Source: Octopus vulgaris
Taxonomy: Eukaryota
Reading direction: 5' to 3'
NCBI GenBank assembly: GCA_951406725.2
Contig: OX597828.1
Coordinates: forward strand, 39,680,001 to 39,744,000
Length of the DNA stretch: 64,000 nt
Shown piece by piece: positions 55,601 through 64,000 of the stretch. Each line of letters begins with the position of its first letter. Position 1 is the first letter of the stretch. The notes beneath the pieces are model-generated. The model had not been told where the DNA came from. It made no database searches and saw nothing but the letters and a program-made list of their open reading frames with translations. The position numbers and the translations under genes are program-made.

Positions 55601-58600
55601 GCTTCAGAATGCTGAACCTTTCAGAAAGAGAAGACAAAGGACCAAGATACCTGGCACCTTGCTGTACTCAAGAAGACCTATCCTCCACAGCAGAAGTGTT
55701 ATGGTAGCATTCGCTGGTGAAGGGGATTGGCCTGCAAAAGTCCTGTGCGGGTGCCATATAAAAGCGATTGTGTTGGTGCCATGCTAAAAGCACCCTACAC
55801 ACATTGTAAAGTGGTTGGCATTAGGAAGAGTATCCAGCTGTAAAAACCAAGCAAAATCAGACTGGAACCTGGTGCAGCTCTCTGGTTTGCAAGCTTTAGT
55901 CAAACTATCCAACCCATGCCAGCATGGAAAATGGACATTAAAGAATGATGATGATGCTATAATAGTTTATACAAACATGGTTGTGTAACTTGGTTAAGGA
56001 TAAACACTTTATTTGACATCAATATATAAACACTCTTACATACTTACACATAACAACAAGAACAACACAAAAGTAAACCAGTTTAAACAGAGTCACTCAC
56101 TGTTTCATTTCAACAGCTTTGTCACTGTCAGCAAAAAGAGAAAAGTTTTCTTCCAGGTTTTTCACAACTCTATTCATAATTCCCATTGTCTGAAAGAAAT
56201 TGAAATTCCCAAAATTGTTCTTATTCTTTTCTCATGGTTTTAGTTTTACTGCTGTAGACATTTAAGACAGTTGATTTTCTAATAATTCTTGAAAATATGA
56301 TTCATGTTATCTCCTCATTTTAACAATTCTCACTACATCTACGGTTTACATTGGTCTTCTGACAGAAGCTAGTTGTTGTATACTATCTCTGCTTAATGCC
56401 ACATGAAACACCTCCTCTTGTCACACCTACTGTATCTTTTCTTTAAGAGCTGCACTAACCATTCAGTCCAATAGCTTTCCCAGTGAACCAATAATCTGGA
56501 ATTCATTTCCTACCCTTCCTTTCCCATCAGTCATTGAATTACTGAAATACATTAATACCTCAGGTCGTTGAAAGCCAGCAAACATTTGTAAAGATCAATC
56601 CTCCTAAATAGGCCATTAGAAAAAAGGTATATTAATTAGTTGAATCAAATTCATTCTCCCCAACACAATTATAAAGTTATGTAACTGACATAAATAAATG
56701 TGGTGAAATCTTATGATGAAAATGTATATCTTATAGGCTTTTATTAAGTCAATGTGTCAGCATTGAAGACTTTCTCCATATAGTATATGGAAAATAAGCT
56801 TGGTAGCAACAATATCTCAGTTTGCTGTAAAGAGGAGTCTTGCCCTGAGAAAAGAACAGAATTTTCATTAAAATTAAGACTATATGAAATTAAATAGAAT
56901 TGATCTTACCTGTTTTAAGTGACTGATACTGAAGGTTGGGAGTAGTAGAGTACGGGTAAACTTCCAATGTAAGTCTGTGAGAAAGCTTAGGAATTTATCC
57001 CCAACTCCGTCTGGTGGAAACATATCCTATAAAGAACATGTGACATCTGATCAAAGTTTTCTAAGAAATCTCTGCAGCAATAAAATTTGAAAACACCATG
57101 AAGAAGATATTACAAAGAAATAATTCCATTTTACTTTGAAATGAAAATAAAGAGAAAAGAGGAGAAATATGTCACATTTTGAGGGGAAAATGAGAAAAGT
57201 CAAAAAGATTTCTCAATCTGCAAATCAAATTTTGGTGAGGATAATCCACTGACAAACAACATTGTCAGTGAATAAAATCTTTTTGCATTGGTAAAAGCTA
57301 TAGTCATATTAGCTTAATATCCAAGTAATTGAAAATCAATGATCCTGGTAATTGATGAGGACCTAGAAATTAACCCATTACCCTAGGGTCATGGCAAATG
57401 CTTTGTCATCTCAGACGTGTACAAAGTTTATTCTAAGAACCATGAATGATGATTAAACAATTTAGTGTTGTTGAATTTTATCAACATTGCTATCAGAGAT
57501 GATATGACCATGTTTACTGCTAGAAGTCTGGAGGGAAGCTTCAATTGATTCCATCAGCCTTTATCTTGAACAAGTGTAAAGAAAGATGTTTATGATAAAT
57601 GCATGTTTATCATGGCCAGAGGATTATACATGTCATAATAATCCATACTGATATCCTCACTCACAAACACTTCTCGCCTGATACAATCATCCCATCACAC
57701 TGATGCAATTGGGAGAGGAATTGAATTTTCACAAGTGTAACTTCAGTTACTCTCATCCCTGGTAATTACTATGATCAACACACAAATCCTCCACATACAC
57801 TTGATGTTTCTTTCATTTACAAACCCAACCTCTATCATAGCAGACACTAACTTTGTATCAATTTAGTGGTAAGAGAATTATATATCTCATAATAACCCAT
57901 AATAATCCATCATCACTCACAAATACTTCCTGGTTCTCACATTCATCTGAATATGCTGATAATGCTAGTGGAGTAACTGAATATTTTACATTTGTAAATC
58001 TTTTACATCAGTTAGTTTTGTCTTCAACAATTGTCTCTTTTCAACACGTGAATACTTCAAGTACCATCAATTTAGTTTTCAGCCACACACCCAACCACTG
58101 CCAAACCAAAACTGACTCTGTTCCCATCTCAAGACAAGGTCTCTTCCTTATCACAACTACCCATTACATATCTATGTACTATGCATCTATCCTCAGATCT
58201 CCAACTCCATAACATTTCAAGTCAACTGGTTCTACAATTCATATTCTAACGATGCATGATGGCACATGTACTTGTAACCTATCAGAAACAACTCATCTTT
58301 TCACTGAAACCATCTTCTTCAGTATATTTCTCCACATCCCACACGCAACAAAATTTCATAATTTAAAGTACCCAAAATCATTCACTCATTTTGGGCTATG
58401 CCACAGAATTGCAGCAGAGAAAATGACCTAGGCACAAACAGAATGGAAACTCTCATAATCAACAGACTTCTCCAACATGAATATCTCTCACTCCTTATTT
58501 CTTATGGCCAACTCAATGGGAGAACTTCTCTCTTATGCCATTCAGCTGTAGGTCCACATCTTATTGAAAATCTGTAAATGAGGCAAGAAAAGAAAGCTTA

Positions 58601-61600
58601 TGTTATTTAGATGCATGTCTGGATGTAAAACATCTTAAATTTTAAAAAGTAAACTTACGTATCTGTTTGTAAATACAGCAAATTGTTTGATGCAAATTTC
58701 TTTAACCATTTCTGGGTCACTGATGAGTATATGAGGTTGATTACAAATGTAAAATCTGTAAAAGTAAGAAAATATAGGAAAATTACAATTCAAATTTTCA
58801 TATCTGTTCACAAAATTGCATTGTATATCTTCCAGAAGTTATAACATGATTGGTTTTTGTGTCAACAGGATGGACATTAAAATGTCCACAACACTATCTG
58901 CATCAAAAAAATGGGCTGTTAGCATATTTAAAGTTGGAAATAAAACAATTAAGAAGAAATAACTATAAAAGAATAGAAGAAAATATTTACTAAAGATTAA
59001 AATTAAATGAAATTAAATAAAGCTACATTTCTAATGGAACAACAACGATCAATGATTAATAGAAAATATGAGAGAAACAGAAATATCACAGGCAATACAA
59101 CTGCACTGGACACATGGTCATAAATCCCTGACACTGTTACCAAATATGTAAGGACATGCATGTGTATGTATGTGGTGTGTATGTGTTTACGATCCTGTGA
59201 GTGTGGAAGCATTCCAGTATGTATATGTATCCAGGCTATGGACAAGGAACCAAATCAGGCACTGCAGTTGATGTGACCAGCCACATTAACACTGACACAC
59301 ACACACACACACTGAGAAAGGCTAAAGAGCTAGAAGCGTGCATGTGGGAATCTGCTAGATGGAAGCACTTAATTGATATGGTGTTTTTACACCTTTTATC
59401 ATAAGAGAGAATTATTTTCCTCCATGGTGACTGCAGTGAATTTGCCTTTTGAAGCTGAAATATGTGGCAAAAATATTTTAACTAAATTAAGGTTCATCTA
59501 TTCCTAATCACTGCCTGGTGCTGATACTGCTATTTTCATTCCATTCACTCATGCAAGGTAGTCACTGATATTCACTGCATTATTTGGTTAAAGCTATGGC
59601 TCTGAATTTGCCTAGGGTTATGTCTCTGTTGTATTTCCCTGTTGAGGAGGGCTAAAGAACCAGAAAAGAGCCAGAAATGTGCTTATGATAAAAGGTTTTT
59701 ACACTTTTAACATAAGAGAGAATCTTTTCCCCATTGCAACTGCAGTGAATTTGCCTTTGTAAGTTGGAATGTGTCACTAACATATTTTAACTATCCTAAA
59801 ATTCATATATATATATTTTCATGACCCCAATTGCACTTCAAGAGGTATAAACAATAAATGTACACATTTAGTCATCACATCAGAATGAGATATAAGCTGT
59901 TTAAAATGTTCGTACCCTAATACTTTTCCATATTTCTGTTTCATTTCTTTGTCAAACTTTGCCATTCTCTAAAAAAGAATAACTAAATTACAATTTCAAT
60001 ATAGAAAGGTTTAAATACTTGTTTTTTCACTCCTCCAAGATAATATTTTTATGAATAGTCCTGCATTAATAAACAAATCTAGTTTCATTTACATAAAGAT
60101 CCAATCACAATATTATTATAAAGAAACAAAGTAAAGAAAAAATTAATGGAGTGGGAGGGATTAAGCAGCAGAAAATGGGTGTGTGGAGAACACCCCTGGA
60201 ATAAAAGAGTACAATCAAATTCTGCCACCATTGACTTTACATTTCACCCTTTTAGGGTTGATAAAATAAGTACCAATCAAACACAGGGGGTGGGGTGGGG
60301 GAGAATAATCGACTTATCCCTCCCCAAAATTACTGGCTTTGGGCCAAAATTTGAAATCAATATTATACACACACACATACACACACACTCACATATAAAC
60401 CAAGAAAACGAAGAGTTTCTACTGGTTGGTAAATTTTAAAAAGTACAAAGAAGAAAATGCTCCAGTATGACCACAGCCATATGACTGACACGAATAAAAG
60501 AATACTATTTTCTTCATGGGATATCATGCACTCAAATATGAGCATTTCTAAATAGCAAAGTGTGTACAGCTCAAAATAATTGCAAATTGGGACCTTGAAA
60601 TTTCCTTGTTTAGCGGCATTTCATCTGTCTTCATGTTCCAATTTCAAATTCCAATGAGGTTGGTTTTGCCTTTCATCCTTTTGGGATCGATAAAATAAGT
60701 ATAAGTTCAATGCTGGGATCGATGTAATCAATTCATCCCCTCCCCCGAAATTGCTGGCCTTGTACCAAAATTTGAAATCAATATTAAGACATGGATCAAG
60801 GCTGCAAGCTGGCAGAAACCTTACCATGCTAGGCAAAATACATTTCATGTGTCTTTATGTTCAGAGTTCAAATTCTACTGAGATTGATTTTGCCCTTCAT
60901 CCTTTAAGGGGCAATAAAATAAGTACCAGGTGAACACTGAAATACTGGCTTTATGCCAAAACTTGAAACCAATCTTAAGACATGGAGCGAAATAGAAAGG
61001 AAATGCGAGGTTGTAATTTCCTGTTTTCAATGAGGGCATAAGAAGTGTGAAAGGATGGAATTGTTTGCAAGTGTAAAAACTTGTAATTTCCCTTCTGGAT
61101 CATTGATACGGGCTTAAAAAATTCTTTTCAAATTGTTATGTAGGATGATGGAGTTCTATAAGTGAGGAAAAATGTCAAATTGAATTGTTTCCAGTGTATT
61201 ACTGGTACTGATTTTACTGAATCAAAATGATAAAATACCAATCATTAAACCTTATTGTTTAAAGTAAAGAGAAAGATTATATGAAAATAACAAGAAATAT
61301 ATAAAAATATCTACTTTAATAAATGCCAAATCAACACCGACAACAATTATGTTTAGAATGCTGAGAAACCAATCACAATGCAAAAGTTTAACTACCGTAT
61401 ACACTCGCAGATAGGTGGCACCCTTAGTTTGGGGTTGTCAAAGTAGGTCACACTATAATCTGAGGAGTTACAATGGCCCCCTTTATAACATAAATATAAC
61501 TAATATTTCTTAAATATTATCAAATATACACCTTTATTTCAAAACTTTGCTTATAAATATTAAAATATTTTGTGGAAGTGATTTTATGAAGGTAGTCTGA

Positions 61601-61879
61601 TTGATAAATCTACTTGACCATTGATAACTTCAGATAAGTTGCAGCCCTGATTTTATCAAAAGTTTTGGTAAAAAAAAGTGCAACCTATATGCAAGTATAC
61701 GTGATAATTTTTTTATCACTCAGCCATCTAAGTCTATCAAACAAGGTACACATAGGGTATGAAAAATTCCAATGCCACCTACCTTCTTCATGAGTTGTAA
61801 CATATTTCCAAAAAAGAACCATGGCTCAGGGCCAGGAATATTGATGTTTTTGAAGTAATCATATGGTTTTTTTGCCAGT
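41377..61879 (-). CDS. Cytochrome P450, clan 3 (CYP3A-like); exons 2-14, 492 aa visible, N-terminal anchor exon missing
   Basis: 13 phase-consistent exons with no internal stops. Motifs IPGPEP, WKFTR, I-helix AAHLTT, ELLR (ExxR), FIPERF and FGIGPRMCIG (heme Cys). Confidence 0.95.
43510..43672 (-). CDS. P450 heme-binding exon (163 nt)
   Basis: FAPEAK...FLPFGIGPRMCIG...KSPKTE|gtaag. Confidence 0.95.
43815..44435 (+). mobile_element. RTE-like LINE fragment (start of RT)
   Basis: METGKAFSPSGITAEMLK...YKNKGDVLDRNNYRGIKFL.QVMKV. Confidence 0.8.
45664..45801 (-). CDS. P450 exon (138 nt)
   Basis: LQRYAKETVKIKDWIIPKD...HDPEYWPEPHKFIPER. Confidence 0.95.
46510..46930 (-). mobile_element. RTE LINE 3' fragment
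   Basis: MPDRGAPKDILYGEL...FKYVCKKDMK. Confidence 0.7.
47680..47768 (-). CDS. P450 K-helix exon (89 nt)
   Basis: EEPMVENLNKLTYLDMCMSELLRMYPLSLR. Confidence 0.95.
48431..48484 (-). other. 54-nt intronic hairpin
   Basis: actggcttagatagacttctaaaataa / ttactttagaagtctatctaaaccagt; 25 of 27 positions Watson-Crick. Confidence 0.8.
48954..49111 (-). CDS. P450 I-helix exon (158 nt)
   Basis: LTDEEIVAQVVLFLFAAHLTTSTALSFFSYILVTQPEIQQKVYDEV. Confidence 0.95.
50219..50433. mobile_element. piggyBac-type MITE
   Basis: TTAA-flanked CCCTTTTG/CAAAAGGG ends; internal identity to 40938-41167. Confidence 0.75.
50930..51780 (-). mobile_element. Degraded RTE-like LINE fragment
   Basis: Resembles the reverse complement of the RTE-type region adjoining 43815 (agaaaggagaaa / gagatgctcaaagaagcaag) plus post-RT sequence. 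Confidence 0.45.
51840..51969 (-). CDS. P450 exon (130 nt, GC donor)
   Basis: VRQDFLQLLLDAK...DWRSKR G|gcaagt. Confidence 0.9.
52441..52565 (-). CDS. P450 exon (125 nt)
   Basis: LFPVIPKILGTFG...SKDVIAERRKNKT. Confidence 0.9.
53029..54090 (+). mobile_element. Helentron/Helitron-like element with palindromic left end
   Basis: actagcattatgacc...gggtcatagtgctagt hairpin; end cagacattacatacagccaaacattatatagat resembles the other HINE-like ends. Confidence 0.4.
55067..55215 (-). CDS. P450 exon (149 nt)
   Basis: VFSCYTVDMIASTAFGIEVNSQKNPD. Confidence 0.95.
56101..56189 (-). CDS. P450 exon (89 nt)
   Basis: TMGIMNRVVKNLEENF...AVEMKQ|gtgagt. Confidence 0.9.
56910..57026 (-). CDS. P450 C-helix exon (117 nt)
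   Basis: DMFPPDG...HWKFTRTLLLPTFSISHLKQ. Confidence 0.9.
58659..58755 (-). CDS. P450 exon (97 nt)
   Basis: FYICNQPHILISDPEMVKEICIKQFAVFTNRY. Confidence 0.95.
59916..59968 (-). CDS. P450 exon (53 nt)
   Basis: RMAKFDKEMKQKYGKVLG. Confidence 0.9.
61783..61879 (-). CDS. P450 exon 2 (97 nt, proline-rich hinge)
   Basis: LAKKPYDYFKNINIPGPEPWFFFGNMLQLMKK|gtaggt. Confidence 0.92.
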
Positions 61880-63339
61880 CTAATATGTAATTGAAAAAAC
61901 ATTGCATTTAAAATTATTGTAGATAAATACTGTTTATAAAATTTAGAAATACTCGAACTAAAATAATTAAACTAGTTTATAATGGAATATAAAATAGATT
62001 CAATCATATAAATGCTCTCACTGCTTTCGATTTGAGAAATGTTGAAATATGAGAATTATCCATTGTGTTGTTTTAGAAGTGTGCACTTAGAATTTACAAA
62101 ATCTACTGACATTATTAACCTTTGTCTTTCAGTGAGAAAGTGGTCTGTTCATAAAAATCTCAAAGTATTATTTGAGTAATGATAAGTCATCATCATTACT
62201 ATTGCCAATTAAAGTTTGTTCTCCATGCTGGCATGGGTTGGATGTTTCAGCAGGAGCTGGCCAGCTACAGCACTTGCCAGTTGGAGGGCTGCCTGAACTT
62301 GTTTATCTGTTTTAGGCATGGTTTCTATGGCTTTACAGAGTGTACCGTGTGCTTTTAACAGGACACCGGCTCGAGTGCTCTTACATGGCACTGGCATGGA
62401 TGTTCTTACATGGCACCAGCTTGGATGTACATTTATGCAGTAGTGGCACATGTGTTTATATGTGGAACTTGGATGGTCACTCTTATGTGTCACTAGTACG
62501 GGTGCTTTTATGCAGCCCCAGCACCTGCGAGTCTGCTAGAGTAGGATCTCTTAGCTGAGAGACAGATGTAAAGGACAAGCCTGTATGTATGGATGGCCAC
62601 AATTTTACTTAGCTTCATGCGTCTTCCCTAGCACAATACACTGCTTAATGTCTCAGTCCCTTGTTGTCCCTTCTGTGAAGCCCAACATCTGAAGATCCTT
62701 TCTCAAAATTTCATCCCACATGTTCCTTCCTCAATTAGAGATTAGCAATTCTTGATGCAGCTGTCCTCGTCCATATGCATCATATGTCCATATCAGCACA
62801 ATCTTCTCGTTCACTACATCTAATGTTTTATATACCCAACTTTTTTTTCCAATCACTTACACCATCATACATGCACACTGACATTACCCATCCAGCAGAG
62901 TATGCCGGATTCATTTCATGTGTTGTCAGTGGTCACAGCCTATGTTTCACTGCCATGTGGTACATTGGATTTCAAAGATTGCCAGAATGTTCTGAAATGT
63001 TTCTCAAACAGACTTCTTTCATTGGATTTATAATTTCCAACCATCTACAACAGGTATTTTTTGAGTAATTCGAATATATTTCGACATATACATTAATTCT
63101 TGCTTTAAGAGTTTAGACAGTAGCTAAAATGAATGTTAGATGAATACATAGGTACAGTGCTGGCCTATAATGGATGAAATTGTTTAAAAGAAATGCAAAA
63201 AATTAGCTTCTAACTTCTCTCACAAAAGTCAAGACAAAACTGTTTATAAACTAGTGTAGTATCATGACAGGGTATTTTATGCTCAACAGGATGTTTGATA
63301 TGCATATTATATAGTAGAAGATTAGCATATTCAGAAGGC

Positions 63340-64000
63340 TCATCATCGTTTAACGTCCGCTTTTCATGCTGGCATGGGTTGGACAGTTTGACTGAGGACT
63401 GGTGAGCCAGAGACCACACCAGGCTCAATCTGATCTGACAAAGTTTCTGCAGCTGGATACCATTCCTAACGCCAACCACTCTGAGAGTGCAGTGGGTGCT
63501 TTTACATGCCCCCAGCATGAGGGCCAGTCAGGCAGTTCTAGCAATGACCATGCTCAAAAGGTGTTTTTATGTGCTACCTGCACAGGAGCCAGTCCAGCAG
63601 CACTGGCAAAGACCCTGCATGAATGTTGTGTTTCACGTGCCACCAGCACATGTGCCGGTAAGGCAACGCTGGCAGTGATCATGCTCGAATGGTGCTTTTC
63701 ATGTGTCACCGGTACGGGAGCCAATTCGTGGCCCTGGTAACGATCAGGTTTGGATGTGCTTTTAATGTTCCACTGGCAACGAGTGCCAAGCAGTCAGTAC
63801 TGTCATCGGCCAAGTCAGCGATTTAGATTTGTTTACACTTGCCTCAAAAATCTTTGCAAGCAAAGTTCATTGTCCAATGAATGAGGTGTACTTATAAGTG
63901 GGCTGGTTACACCCCACGTTCGGATATGCTTTTAACGTTTCACTGACATGAGTGCCAATCAGGCGGTACTGCCATCGGCCACGTCAGCGATTTAGATCTT
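63340..64000 (-). mobile_element. Dispersed retro-repeat with (ATG)n tail and degenerate internal tandem units
   Basis: catcatcgtttaacgtcc...catgctggcatgggttggac...cctaacgccaaccactc. Related copies at ~4310, 17000, 27470, 30800, 32030, 32400, 55780, 62190. Confidence 0.7.

Noticed and set aside
62022-62063. Candidate P450 exon 1 (MDNSHISTFLKSKA)
   Set aside because: Wrong phase and no hydrophobic anchor; true exon 1 is probably beyond the window.

Overview
AT-rich, repeat-dense eukaryotic DNA. The SINE families, RTE and mariner relics and long (AT)n tracts point to a coleoid cephalopod, probably Octopus (inference). Two intron-rich genes face each other. (1) Minus strand, 41377-61879: 13 phase-consistent exons of a clan-3 (CYP3A-like) cytochrome P450; exon 1 was not found in the window. 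It has a GC-AG intron and an atypical I-helix (AAHLTT, lacking the catalytic acid). (2) Plus strand, 20908-29723: a ~169-aa single-pass membrane protein of no family I recognise. It has almost no ectodomain, a juxtamembrane Cys, NPxY/YxxP/YxN tyrosine motifs, and two microexons (16 and 7 nt) that keep frame only together. Possible decayed ectodomain exons lie upstream. Around it are several long fold-back inverted repeats, a 36-bp minisatellite and two hammerhead-ribozyme-like motifs, plus many SINEs, LINE fragments, mariner relics, piggyBac-type MITEs and Helentron-like elements. Exon models were derived by eye; repeat boundaries are approximate.
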